From: Candidatus Aphodosoma sp.
GTDB lineage: Bacteria > Bacteroidota > Bacteroidia > Bacteroidales > Paludibacteraceae
DNA: 64,000 nucleotides
Direction: 5' to 3'
Assembly: GCA_045614825.1 (NCBI GenBank)
Contig: JAZLDO010000040.1
Location: 3,815-67,814, forward strand
Under the pieces are notes generated by a model. That model did no database searches. It saw only the letters and a program-made list of their open reading frames with translations, and was not told the DNA's origin. Both the position numbers and the translations under genes were made by a program. Positions 8,431-17,977 of the stretch are shown one piece after another (positions within the stretch are counted from its first letter, which is position 1; every line of letters begins with the position of its first letter).

Positions 8431-10770
8431 TTATTTTTTCTTGGCGCGAGTGGTTTTCTTTTTGGTTGCGCCTTTAGATTTGTTGGCTTCGTCAGCAATG
8501 ATTGCTTGGCATTGCTCTAGGGTGAGGTCTTCGGCGATGGTGCCTTTAGGGAGTTTATAGTTTTCACCGGCGTGGGTGATGTATGCTCCGAAGCGTCCAT
8601 TGAGAACGAGAATGTCTTCAGCTTCGAATTTCTTTATTTCACGATTTTTGTCAGCTTGGCGTTTTTCTGCTATAAGTTCGATGGCACGCTCGCGAGTAAC
8701 GGTCAATGGGTCTTCATCTTTTGGCACAGATACATAGTTTTTTCCATGACGGATATATGGACCGAATTTGCCAATACCAACACTTAAAGGTTCACCTTCA
8801 TATTCGCCAAAATCAATAGGGAGCTTGAAAAGGTCGAGAGCTTCTTCAAGTGTGATAGATTCCATTGACTGACCTGTGCGAAGAGACGCGAAACGAGGTT
8901 TTTCTTCATCAGAAGCCGCACCAATTTGAGCAACAGGTCCGAAACGTCCAATTTTCACAAATACTGGTCGACCCGATACGGAATCAATGCCGAGTTCACG
9001 CTCACCTGCTTTCTTGCCCGTAGAGTGCATTGCCTCTTCGACATTTGGGTGGAATTGAGTATAAAACCCATCAATATTTTTAGTCCACTCGAGCTTACCT
9101 TCGGCAATTTTATCGAAATCTAACTCAACACGTGCAGTGAAGTTATAGTCCATAATGTTAGGGAAGTTTGCCAAAAGATAGTCATTGACTACTATACCTA
9201 TATCGGTCGGCGAAAGTTTTCCTTTTTCGACTGATGCTTTTTCGACTTTATCTTCTTCTTTGATTTTGCCAGCTTTGAGGGTTAAGACTCTATATGGTCG
9301 TGCTTCATTTTGAATTTCGCGTTTTTCGACATACTCGCGAGCAAGAATTGTTGAAATTGTTGGTGCGTATGTAGAAGGACGTCCGATACCTAGTTCTTCA
9401 AGTTTGCGGACAAGTGACGCTTCGGTATAGCGCGCAGGGCGTTGTGTGAAACGTTCTTGAGCTTGCATTGTAAGCATAGAAAGAGTGTCGCCTTCTACAA
9501 GTTTTGGAAGCATACCCTCAGTTTCTTGAGTTGAATCGTCATCAGTAGATTCCATATAGACATTCAAGAAACCGTCGAATTTTAGAACTTCGCCTATAGC
9601 TACAAATTTTTCGTCAGAATTATCGATATTGATAACTGCTGTTGTCTTCTCAAATTCAGCATCAGCCATTTGACTAGCAATAGTACGTTTCCAGATAAGG
9701 TCATAAAGTTTACGTTCTTGGGCAGTGCCTTCAATTTCACGAACATTAAGGTAGGTTGGACGAATGGCTTCGTGAGCCTCTTGAGCGCCTTTAGATTTAG
9801 TGCTATATTGACGACGTTTGTAGTATTTATCACCTGCCATTTCGAGAATTTCTGCTTTGGCCGTATTAAGGGCTAAGTCGGAAAGATTGACCGAGTCGGT
9901 ACGCATATAAGTGATTTTACCACTTTCGTATAGTGACTGTGCAACACGCATTGTCGTTGCTACTGGAAATCCGTATTTGCGAGAAGCTTCTTGTTGAAGT
10001 GTTGAAGTTGTGAATGGTGCAGCAGGTGTGCGACGAGTTGGTCGAGTTTCGATGCTTTCAATATTGTATTTTGCAGTAGCTGCTGTTTCAAGGAATGCTT
10101 TTGCTTCAATTTCGGTTGCGAAGCGGTTACGAAGTTCTGCTTTGAATTCAGCATCTTGCCCATTTTCGGTTTTAACTTTGAATGTTGCAACTACACGGAA
10201 TGATGCTTCGGCACTGAATTGTTGAATTTCGCGTTCGCGCTCAACTACGAGACGAACAGTGACCGATTGCACACGACCAGCAGATAATGATGGTTTGATT
10301 TTACGCCAAAGGACAGGCGACAATTCAAAACCAACAATACGATCGAGAACACGACGTGCTTGTTGAGCATCGACAACGTTGAGGTCAATATCACGTGGAT
10401 TTTCGATAGCATTAAGAATAGCATTTTTGGTAATTTCGTGGAATACAATACGATGAGTTGGTTTGTCTTTTAGTCCAAGAACTTCGTATAGGTGCCATGC
10501 AATTGCTTCTCCTTCGCGGTCTTCATCGGATGCTAACCAAACAATATCTGATTCTTCAGCCGATTTTCGTAGATCTGCTACAAGTTTCTTTTTATCGGCA
10601 GGGATTACGTAATCAGGCTTATAATTTTGAGTTACATCAATACCAAAATCTTTCTCTTTCAAATCGCGAATATGACCAAAACTAGACATAACGCGATAGT
10701 CTTTTCCCAAAAATTTCTCGATTGTCTTTGCTTTTGCAGGAGACTCAACAATTACCAAATTTTTTTGCAT
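8431..10770 (-). CDS. topA: DNA topoisomerase I
   Basis: 779 aa with Toprim N-terminus LVIVESPAKAKTIEKFLG, catalytic Tyr region ITYMRTDS and a Lys-rich C-terminal tail. Confidence 0.95.
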   Translation of the reverse strand: MQKNLVIVESPAKAKTIEKFLGKDYRVMSSFGHIRDLKEKDFGIDVTQNYKPDYVIPADKKKLVADLRKSAEESDIVWLASDEDREGEAIAWHLYEVLGLKDKPTHRIVFHEITKNAILNAIENPRDIDLNVVDAQQARRVLDRIVGFELSPVLWRKIKPSLSAGRVQSVTVRLVVEREREIQQFSAEASFRVVATFKVKTENGQDAEFKAELRNRFATEIEAKAFLETAATAKYNIESIETRPTRRTPAAPFTTSTLQQEASRKYGFPVATTMRVAQSLYESGKITYMRTDSVNLSDLALNTAKAEILEMAGDKYYKRRQYSTKSKGAQEAHEAIRPTYLNVREIEGTAQERKLYDLIWKRTIASQMADAEFEKTTAVINIDNSDEKFVAIGEVLKFDGFLNVYMESTDDDSTQETEGMLPKLVEGDTLSMLTMQAQERFTQRPARYTEASLVRKLEELGIGRPSTYAPTISTILAREYVEKREIQNEARPYRVLTLKAGKIKEEDKVEKASVEKGKLSPTDIGIVVNDYLLANFPNIMDYNFTARVELDFDKIAEGKLEWTKNIDGFYTQFHPNVEEAMHSTGKKAGERELGIDSVSGRPVFVKIGRFGPVAQIGAASDEEKPRFASLRTGQSMESITLEEALDLFKLPIDFGEYEGEPLSVGIGKFGPYIRHGKNYVSVPKDEDPLTVTRERAIELIAEKRQADKNREIKKFEAEDILVLNGRFGAYITHAGENYKLPKGTIAEDLTLEQCQAIIADEANKSKGATKKKTTRAKKK

Positions 10771-10780
10771 AAAAGTATAT

Positions 10781-10829
10781 AGGTTGAAAATTGAAAGTTA
10801 AAAATTGAAAGATGAAAGTCAGAAATCGC
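10781..10829. repeat. Degenerate heptamer array (AGGTTGA AAATTGA AAGTTAA AAATTGA AAGATGA AAGTCAG AAATCGC)
   Basis: Seven units, 11 nt upstream of the topA start codon. Confidence 0.8.
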
Positions 10830-11110
10830 TGTTTTATAGACAAATAAGTGATTCTCGAAGTAGCCTTTAAGAATAAAATCTCACGACTCAAAATTCAAAT
10901 TTCACATTATATAATATAGGATTTAAAAATTTTTGCAAAGTAACAAAAAGAATTGCATACTGACAACCCTTTGAATAAAATATTTTGTTTTTTTTAGAAT
11001 GTATATAAAAAACAAGTTCGAAGAGATAGATATGGGAAGAAAAATAGAAGGATAGAACGTTATTTTCAAAAGATTTACAAAAAAATACCTTATATCTCAA
11101 AAAAAAGTAG

Positions 11111-11118
11111 TAACTTTG
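11111..11118 (+). promoter_or_regulatory. -7 box TAACTTTG upstream of hpt
   Basis: TAnnTTTG followed by CA, 29 nt before the ATG. Confidence 0.65.
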
Positions 11119-11146
11119 CAAAAGATATTGTTTATTTGGAAATGCT

Positions 11147-11686
11147 ATGAAAACAATAACTCTAAAAGATAAAACATTTAGAATTTCGATACCTGAAACT
11201 AAGTTATTTGAGGCTGTTGATAAAATTGCAGAAAAGATGTCAGCGGATTTAAAAGATAAGAATCCGTTGTTTTTAATTGTGTTAAATGGCGCATTTATGT
11301 TTGCGTCTGATTTATTGAAACGTGTGGAGATTCCAGCTCAGCTTTCATTTGTAAAGGTTTCATCTTATTGTGGGACTTGTAGTACAGGTAATGTTACTGA
11401 ACTTATTGGCCTAAATGACGATGTTAAAGGTCGTACAGTTGTAATTATTGAAGATATTGTTGATTCGGGTCGCACGATGTATGGTATGGTTGAAAAATTG
11501 AAATCGCTTGGTGCTGAGGATTTACGTATTGCTACGTTATTCTTTAAACCTGAAGCATTGCAATACGACCTAACCATTGATTATGTTGCAATGAATATAC
11601 CTAATGACTTCATTGTAGGATATGGTCTTGATTATGATGGTTATGGACGTAATCTTCGTGATATTTACACTTTAATTAATTCATAA
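11147..11686 (+). CDS. hpt: Hypoxanthine phosphoribosyltransferase
   Basis: 179 aa with PRPP loop VVIIEDIVDSGRT and GYGLDY near the C-terminus. Confidence 0.9.
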   Translation: MKTITLKDKTFRISIPETKLFEAVDKIAEKMSADLKDKNPLFLIVLNGAFMFASDLLKRVEIPAQLSFVKVSSYCGTCSTGNVTELIGLNDDVKGRTVVIIEDIVDSGRTMYGMVEKLKSLGAEDLRIATLFFKPEALQYDLTIDYVAMNIPNDFIVGYGLDYDGYGRNLRDIYTLINS

Positions 11687-11716
11687 TTTTTGTAATAAAT
11701 TAAATCTATATATACT

Positions 11717-12295
11717 ATGCTTAATATTGTAATATCAGGAGCTCCTGGCTCGGGGAAAGGTACTCAAAGTGCTATTATTGTTGACAATTACGGGCTTACA
11801 CACATATCAACAGGTGATATGCTCCGTGAGGAGATTAAAAATGGTACTGAAAATGGGAAAAAAGCTGAAGTATTGATTAATGATGGTAAGCTTGTGCCTG
11901 ATGAGATGATTATCGCTATGCTCCATGATCAAGTGCAAAAACATATTGCCGCTGGAGATACTAAAGGATTCATTTTCGACGGTTTTCCTCGTACTGCAGC
12001 TCAAGCTGTGGCGCTAGACAATATGCTTCATGAACTTGAAACAGAAGTTAGTTGCATGCTCCACATGCAAGTAGAACACGAGTTATTGATTGAGCGTTTG
12101 CTCAATCGCGGTAAGACTTCAGGCCGTGCAGATGATAATCTTGAAACTATCCAAAAACGCCTTGATGTTTATAACTCTCAAACTTTGCCTGTTATAGAAC
12201 ATTACAAAGCGTCAGGGCGCTATAAAGCAGCTTGCAATAACTCATCGGTTGATGCATGTTTTGCTCAAGTGCAAGAAATTATTGATAATTTATAA
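11717..12295 (+). CDS. adk: Adenylate kinase
   Basis: 192 aa with P-loop GAPGSGKGTQ, DGFPRT and the short-lid form. Confidence 0.93.
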   Translation: MLNIVISGAPGSGKGTQSAIIVDNYGLTHISTGDMLREEIKNGTENGKKAEVLINDGKLVPDEMIIAMLHDQVQKHIAAGDTKGFIFDGFPRTAAQAVALDNMLHELETEVSCMLHMQVEHELLIERLLNRGKTSGRADDNLETIQKRLDVYNSQTLPVIEHYKASGRYKAACNNSSVDACFAQVQEIIDNL

Positions 12296-12300
12296 TATAG

Positions 12301-12335
12301 ATATGAGATTTTAGACTCAAGATTCAAGACTTGTT
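12301..12335. repeat. Heptamer array (..AGACTCA AGATTCA AGACTTG)
   Basis: Lies directly after the adk stop. Confidence 0.7.
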
Positions 12336-12365
12336 TTGGGTATTGTTTTTTGTTTAATTTTTCAA

Positions 12366-12388
12366 ATCTAACATCTAAGATCTAAGAT
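12366..12388. repeat. Heptamer array ATCTAAC ATCTAAG ATCTAAG AT
   Basis: Abuts the obg ATG at 12389. Confidence 0.8.
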
Positions 12389-13573
12389 ATGTCAAATTCC
12401 AATTTTGTTGACTACGTAAAGATATTTTGCCGTTCGGGTAAGGGTGGTGGTGGATCAACTCACTTTCATCGTGAAAAATATATACCAAAGGGAGGCCCTG
12501 ATGGTGGTGATGGCGGTCGCGGTGGTCATATTATCCTACGCGGAAATAAGGACTATTGGACTTTGCTCCACTTGAAATTTGCTCGCCATATTTTTGCAGG
12601 CGACGGCGGACATGGAAGTGGCAGTCGCAGTTTTGGAGCTGACGGAGAAGATAAATATATTGATGTTCCTTGTGGTACTGTAGCATACGATGCTGATACA
12701 GGCGAATACCTATGCGATATCACGGAAGATAAACAAGAGGTTATCCTCCTCAAAGGTGGCCGTGGAGGACTTGGAAACTGGCATTTTCGTACTGCAACAA
12801 ATCAAACTCCTCGCTATGCTCAGCCAGGAGAACCTCGCGTAGAACGTAGTGTAATTCTTGAACTTAAAGTGTTAGGCGATGTCGGTTTAGTTGGTTTCCC
12901 TAATGCTGGTAAATCGACATTGTTGAGTGTTGTATCGGCAGCTAAGCCTGAAATTGCTAACTATCCATTTACTACGCTTGTGCCTAACCTCGGCATTGTT
13001 TCTTATCGTGGTGGTAAGTCGTTCTGTATGGCTGATATACCTGGTATTATTGAGGGTGCAAGCCAAGGTAAAGGACTAGGTTTGCGTTTCTTGCGCCACA
13101 TCGAACGTAATGCTATTCTGCTGTTTATGATTCCTGCCGATAGTGATGACATCAATAAGGAATATAATATTTTGCTCAACGAATTGAAGGAATATAATCC
13201 TGAACTCGTTGATAAACAACGTATTCTTGCAATTACTAAGAGTGATATGCTTGATGAAGAGTTGATGCAAGCAATGGAGGCTGAATTACCAACAGATATA
13301 CCTCATATATTCATTTCGGCTGTGGCTGGATACAATATCACGGAATTGAAGGACTTACTTTGGGCAGAAATCAATAAAGAGGAAAATCGCGTGCAAACGT
13401 TCACTCATCGTAACCTTGACGTTCAACGCCCAGCTTCTCAAAATGCAGAAGAGGAAGATTGGGATGAGGAATTGGAAGATTATGATGACGAAGATGTTGA
13501 ATGGGATGAAGATTGGGACGATGATAATGATAATGCTGGCGGATATATGGTCGATGATATTGAATATGTTTAA
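12389..13573 (+). CDS. obg: GTPase Obg
   Basis: 394 aa with a Gly-rich Obg fold, G1 [10 protein letters not shown]3 DIPG and G4 TKSD. It has an acidic D/E/W-rich C-terminal tail. Confidence 0.93.
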   Translation: MSNSNFVDYVKIFCRSGKGGGGSTHFHREKYIPKGGPDGGDGGRGGHIILRGNKDYWTLLHLKFARHIFAGDGGHGSGSRSFGADGEDKYIDVPCGTVAYDADTGEYLCDITEDKQEVILLKGGRGGLGNWHFRTATNQTPRYAQPGEPRVERSVILELKVLGDVGLVGFPNAGKSTLLSVVSAAKPEIANYPFTTLVPNLGIVSYRGGKSFCMADIPGIIEGASQGKGLGLRFLRHIERNAILLFMIPADSDDINKEYNILLNELKEYNPELVDKQRILAITKSDMLDEELMQAMEAELPTDIPHIFISAVAGYNITELKDLLWAEINKEENRVQTFTHRNLDVQRPASQNAEEEDWDEELEDYDDEDVEWDEDWDDDNDNAGGYMVDDIEYV

Positions 13574-13664
13574 TTAATGCATAATTCATAATTTTATTTG
13601 CAAAAAATAAAAAAAATATAGAATTTTCAAGATTAAAATTTACATTTTACTATAATATTCAAAC

Positions 13665-13702
13665 AAAAAGTCGCAATTTCATTATAAGAATTGCGACTTT
13701 TT
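13665..13702. terminator. Bidirectional intrinsic terminator between convergent obg and Nudix genes
   Basis: AAAAAGTCGCAATT-TCATTATAAG-AATTGCGACTTTTT. The stem is flanked by an A-run and a T-run. Confidence 0.7.
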
Positions 13703-13968
13703 ATATTATAACACACAATTATAATTGATTTAACACCACTCCTTAATGTGTAATCCGATTTTTTTACTATTTATACGTGATTTTTTCGCATTTTTATTTG
13801 GCGTATAAATTATTTTATTTATCTTTGTTGCGTAATAAAAAATACTTTTATGAACAATAGTTTTTGAGTTTTCATAATAAGAGATTGATTTTAGATAATA
13901 GATTTTGTTTGTAGTTATGGATTTTTGCAAGTCGCTGTGAAGCGCTGACCAAAAATCCATATCTTTTT

Positions 13969-14466
13969 TTATCTCAACCAACCTAATTTTTCAATTTCTG
14001 ACTCAAAATTTGGGGTAAATATTCCTTTGCCTATATTTTTTCTAATTTCATCCAAAGTCCAAAAACGCCCCTCTTCTACCTCTGAGGGATCAGGCTGAAA
14101 TACACCATCATAAGTGCAACGATAGATATATACTAATTCAGCTTCGACAGATGAACGAAATTGATATTGCATAATAAATTCGGGCGTAAAGTCAACAACT
14201 CCTAACTCCTCACGAGTTTCTCGCAATAAAGCTTCTTCTATCTGCTCGCCATAATCAACATGGCCACCTACGGCAGTATCCCACTTGCCAGGTTGAATTT
14301 TTTTTGACATTACTCGTTTTTGGAGATATAAGTCGCCTGCAGAGTTGAATATGTGGAGATGAACTACGGGGTGCAACAAAAATGTTTGAGCATGGCACTC
14401 GGTGCGTGAGGCTGAGCCTATTACATCACCTTCGGGGTTGACTATTGGGAATATTTCGTCGTGCAT
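13969..14466 (-). CDS. Nudix hydrolase
   Basis: 165 aa with Nudix box GGHVDYGEQIEEALLRETREELGV. Confidence 0.85.
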   Translation of the reverse strand: MHDEIFPIVNPEGDVIGSASRTECHAQTFLLHPVVHLHIFNSAGDLYLQKRVMSKKIQPGKWDTAVGGHVDYGEQIEEALLRETREELGVVDFTPEFIMQYQFRSSVEAELVYIYRCTYDGVFQPDPSEVEEGRFWTLDEIRKNIGKGIFTPNFESEIEKLGWLR

Positions 14467-14487
14467 AGAGTTATTAATTTTATTGTT

Positions 14488-14599
14488 GAATACACACTGA
14501 GAGTGTGTGTCTGTTTTCTACGGTACAGGTTGCTTGCACCTTGCTTGAGGGTAAGGCGAAATTTGGGGTTTGAATACACATTGAGAGTGTGTATTTTTT
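14488..14599. repeat. About 120-bp dispersed element, copy B
   Basis: GAATACACACTGAGAGTGTGTGT ... AGGTTGCTTGCACCTTGCT ... GAATACACATTGAGAGTGTGTATTTTTT. Confidence 0.8.
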
Positions 14600-14605
14600 A
14601 GAGAT

Positions 14606-14657
14606 AAAAAGACAGGAGAACATGATTGCTTTGCGGTTGATGTTTTCCTGTCTTTTT
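14606..14657 (-). terminator. Hairpin terminator downstream of lepB
   Basis: AAAAAGACAGGAGAAC ...21 nt... GTTTTCCTGTCTTTTT, with one mismatch. Confidence 0.55.
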
Positions 14658-14680
14658 ATTATTTTTATATAAAAAAGGGG

Positions 14681-16174
14681 TTATTTTGAGGCGTCGAGAC
14701 CGAAACGGCTCCAGCGTATTTTGCCGTTGAACCATTCTACATCGCGGTCTAAAGATAGCCAAACGAACATAGGACGTCCGACAATGTGATCTTCAGGCAC
14801 AAATCCCCACATGCGCGAGTCGGCAGAGTTATGGCGATTATCGCCCATCATCCAGTAGTAGTCCATTTTGAATACATACTCGGTGGCAGGTTCGCCGTTG
14901 AGGTATGCCACACCATCGCGATATTCGAGCGTGTTGCGCTCGTAGTTGACGATACAAGGGCGATAGCGCAAGATATTGTCTTCGGTGAGTTGGATTGTGT
15001 CGCCTTTGGCGGGTATCCAAAGTGGACCATAATTATCTCTATTCCACTTATATGTATATGATAGAGGGTATATTGGAGTATGCATTTCGGGCAAAATCTT
15101 CTCTACTGATACTTGAACCACCATAGGCATAACTTTCACTTTGTCTAATACCTCTTCAGTCATAGCCATTACATAAATAGGGCCCCATGCACCATTGTTT
15201 TTAGGTTCCATACCTATACGTGTCAAATATGGAGCATAATCAGCACCATTCAATACCGATGTCTCTGTAACACTAACACCTAACTTATGCAAAGCTTCTG
15301 CCGAGAATGTAGCACCATTAGTTTGCACAAAATAGTTATGTTGTACACCTTTAGGATTTTCAAACACCTCGCCATCAACATATAATACATTATCTTTCAA
15401 CTCGATAGTTTGACCAGGGAGACCTACACAACGTTTTACATAATTCTCACGACGGTCAACTGGACGTACCACCAATTCGCCTAATTGAGCTTCTTGTTGA
15501 CGTACTTTTTTCGCACCTACAGTCATACGCTCCACAAAATTGTCGTATGGTATCACACTATCATACTTAAACGTACGAAATGCTATCGTACTTTGCGCTG
15601 CTTGAAAACACAATGTATAATAATCAGGATTAGCACACAATTGAGGCACAGTATCACCAGCAGGGAAATTAAATACTACGATATCACCCAACTCTACTTT
15701 GTCCCAACCTTTCAAACGACGATATTCCCATTGTGGTTTTTCGATATACGACTTACCCCCCCAAGGGAAAGTATGTTGCACAAGCGGGAATGACAATGGT
15801 GTGTTAGGAATACGAGGACCATAGCTACACTTGCTAACCGCGAGAAAATCACCCACTTTCAATGTTTGTTCCAACGACGACGATGGAATTTGATAGTTTT
15901 GGAAAAGGTAGAGATTGATGAAATACACTGCTACCAAAGCAAACACTATAGCATCAATCCACGAACAGATAGTATATATCGTTTTGTTAGTATTCTCATA
16001 TTTTTTCCACCAAGTCCAAGGAATGAATTTGGTTATAAAAATATCAAAAATAAATGGATACAACAACATCCACCAAAAATTGCCCACCCAAGCAATAAAC
16101 AGCACATAGATTAGCGACCATATCGCCAATTTAATCCACGATGAAATCGGTTTTTTTAAACGAGAATTATTCAT
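14681..16174 (-). CDS. lepB: Signal peptidase I (long Bacteroidota form)
   Basis: 497 aa with N-terminal TM helices and S26 boxes, including GDNRHNSADSRMWGFVPEDHIVGRP. Confidence 0.88.
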   Translation of the reverse strand: MNNSRLKKPISSWIKLAIWSLIYVLFIAWVGNFWWMLLYPFIFDIFITKFIPWTWWKKYENTNKTIYTICSWIDAIVFALVAVYFINLYLFQNYQIPSSSLEQTLKVGDFLAVSKCSYGPRIPNTPLSFPLVQHTFPWGGKSYIEKPQWEYRRLKGWDKVELGDIVVFNFPAGDTVPQLCANPDYYTLCFQAAQSTIAFRTFKYDSVIPYDNFVERMTVGAKKVRQQEAQLGELVVRPVDRRENYVKRCVGLPGQTIELKDNVLYVDGEVFENPKGVQHNYFVQTNGATFSAEALHKLGVSVTETSVLNGADYAPYLTRIGMEPKNNGAWGPIYVMAMTEEVLDKVKVMPMVVQVSVEKILPEMHTPIYPLSYTYKWNRDNYGPLWIPAKGDTIQLTEDNILRYRPCIVNYERNTLEYRDGVAYLNGEPATEYVFKMDYYWMMGDNRHNSADSRMWGFVPEDHIVGRPMFVWLSLDRDVEWFNGKIRWSRFGLDASK

Positions 16175-16184
16175 AATTTTATTA

Positions 16185-16910
16185 TTATTTCATTAAGTCA
16201 GTCATTGAATAAAAACCTGCAGGTTTGCCAACAAGGAATTCAGCCGCTACCACTGCGCCAAGGGCAAAGCCTTCGCGCGATTTTGCCTCGTGTGTGATAG
16301 TAATGCTATCCACCTCCGAGTCGTATTTTATAATATGAGTACCAGGCACTTTGCCTTCGCGCAAAGCCTCAATTAAGAGTTGAGAGTTGAGAGTTGAGAG
16401 CTGAGAATTGTGCAACACCCACTCCGATTTTCTATCCAAATTCTCCAAGATGCCTTCAGCAAGCGTGATCGCCGTACCACTTGGAGCATCTTTTTTCTCA
16501 GTGTGATGAATTTCGGTCATCGCCACATCATAATTGGCATAACGATTCATCATCTGAGCCAAACGTCTATTCAATTCAAAAAAAAGATTGACCCCCAACG
16601 AAAAATTAGAGGCCCAAAACAAAGTGTAACCCTTTTCTGCTATCTCTTGTTTCAACTCAGGCAACACCGCATTCCACCCCGTAGTACCCGACACCACAGG
16701 CACATCTACTGCCCAAGCCTTACGATAGTTTTCGACAGCCTTCGTTGGAACAGTAAACTCAATAGCTACATCCGCCGAAGCAAATGCCTCAGATTCAAAT
16801 TCTTCTTGATTATCAACATCAACTTTCGACACTATTTCATGTCCTCTCTCAAGGGCAATACGCTCAATAATATGCCCCATCTTACCATACCCTATTAATG
16901 CTATTTTCAT
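16185..16910 (-). CDS. dapB: 4-hydroxy-tetrahydrodipicolinate reductase
   Basis: 241 aa with the N-terminal dinucleotide motif IGYGKMG and EIHHTEKKDAPSGTA. It carries an in-frame heptamer insert at 16375-16409. Confidence 0.88.
   Translation of the reverse strand: MKIALIGYGKMGHIIERIALERGHEIVSKVDVDNQEEFESEAFASADVAIEFTVPTKAVENYRKAWAVDVPVVSGTTGWNAVLPELKQEIAEKGYTLFWASNFSLGVNLFFELNRRLAQMMNRYANYDVAMTEIHHTEKKDAPSGTAITLAEGILENLDRKSEWVLHNSQLSTLNSQLLIEALREGKVPGTHIIKYDSEVDSITITHEAKSREGFALGAVVAAEFLVGKPAGFYSMTDLMK
16375..16409. repeat. Heptamer array (AAGAGTT GAGAGTT GAGAGTT GAGAGCT GAGAATT) inside dapB
   Basis: In frame on the minus strand, encoding ..[11 protein letters not shown].. Confidence 0.9.
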
Positions 16911-16913
16911 ATT

Positions 16914-17954
16914 TTAGTTTTCTCTTATATAATCCAACGCCTCAAAAATCTCTTCTTTTGTAACAATCTGATTTATACGCACATCTCCAACACCAGCAAG
17001 CAACGTAAAATTTATCACACCACCACTATTTTTCTTGTCGTGCATCATTAATTCATACAATCTATCATACTGCTTACACATATAAGGGAATGCCCCATAA
17101 TACTCCTTTGCGAAAGCCAATATCTGCGACAATATCCTCCTATCGAATTTCAACTTCACAAACGACAAATACAACTCCGCCACCATACCCCACATCACCG
17201 CAAACCCATGCAACATCGGACTACCCACCTCATACGACAACGCCTCAAACGCATGACCTACCGTATGACCAAAATTCAAAGCCTTACGTTGTCCCTTTTC
17301 ATTTGGATCAAGCTCAACAACCGACTCCTTTATATCTAAATTTTGCTTCAACAATAGCGACAATCGTTTCACATCAAAGTCATCCAAATCATAACTCAAT
17401 GTCTGATCCAACAAAATAGAATCCGCTATCAACGCATGCTTCACCATCTCGGCATACCCCGACAATCGATTCCTAAAATCAAGCGTCTCAAAAAAACGCG
17501 TGTCAATCAACACCCTTTCCGCCTTAGCAAACACTCCAATCTCATTCTTCAACCCTCTAAAATTCACCCCCGTCTTGCCACCAGTAGCCGCATCAACCAC
17601 ACCGAGCAACGTAGTAGGAACATTCACAAAACGCATACCACGCTTAAATGTTGCCGCCACAAATCCCCCCAAATCCGTAACAACTCCCCCCCCTACATTC
17701 ACCAACAACGACGACCGAGTTGCTCCATTATCAACCAACACACTCCAAACCTTCACCCCCGTATCCAATGTCTTCACATCATCTCCCACATCAATTTTTA
17801 TAACATACGGACCAAACGCCGACCAATCAATCCTCGAAAAACAATGTTCAGCCGTATTCTCATCAACCAAAACAAACACCCTATCGACAGCTAAAGATTT
17901 AACCACAGCCGCCAACTCCACCTCAACTCTATCCGTTACAACAAAATTACCCAT
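16914..17954 (-). CDS. aroB: 3-dehydroquinate synthase
   Basis: 346 aa with GGGVVTDLGGFVAATFKRGMRFVNVPTTLL, ATGGKTGVN and the metal-binding HTVGHA. Confidence 0.85.
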   Translation of the reverse strand: MGNFVVTDRVEVELAAVVKSLAVDRVFVLVDENTAEHCFSRIDWSAFGPYVIKIDVGDDVKTLDTGVKVWSVLVDNGATRSSLLVNVGGGVVTDLGGFVAATFKRGMRFVNVPTTLLGVVDAATGGKTGVNFRGLKNEIGVFAKAERVLIDTRFFETLDFRNRLSGYAEMVKHALIADSILLDQTLSYDLDDFDVKRLSLLLKQNLDIKESVVELDPNEKGQRKALNFGHTVGHAFEALSYEVGSPMLHGFAVMWGMVAELYLSFVKLKFDRRILSQILAFAKEYYGAFPYMCKQYDRLYELMMHDKKNSGGVINFTLLAGVGDVRINQIVTKEEIFEALDYIREN

Positions 17955-17977
17955 TCCCTATTCCTTATTCTCTATTA

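Noticed and set aside
10888-11121. 77-aa minus-strand ORF in the topA/hpt divergent spacer
   Set aside because: It is an extremely AT-rich, low-complexity translation that overlaps the hpt promoter box, with no supporting motif.
13441-13573. Acidic D/E/W-rich C-terminal tail of Obg as a novel domain
   Set aside because: It is a low-complexity extension of a type often seen at Obg C-termini, and nothing suggests a separate function.
13668-13699. dif/Xer site candidate (11-6-11 palindrome GTCGCAATTTC-ATTATA-AGAATTGCGAC)
   Set aside because: It lacks the conserved ATAA/TTAT inner arm positions of known dif sites. It is flanked by A5/T5 runs between convergent genes, so an intrinsic bidirectional terminator is the simpler reading. 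I kept it only as something to test.
13730-13981. 83-aa minus-strand ORF downstream of the Nudix gene
   Set aside because: It starts at TTG, overlaps the Nudix 3' end, and is AT-rich with K/I/Y/N-dominated composition. It sits in the convergent terminator region.
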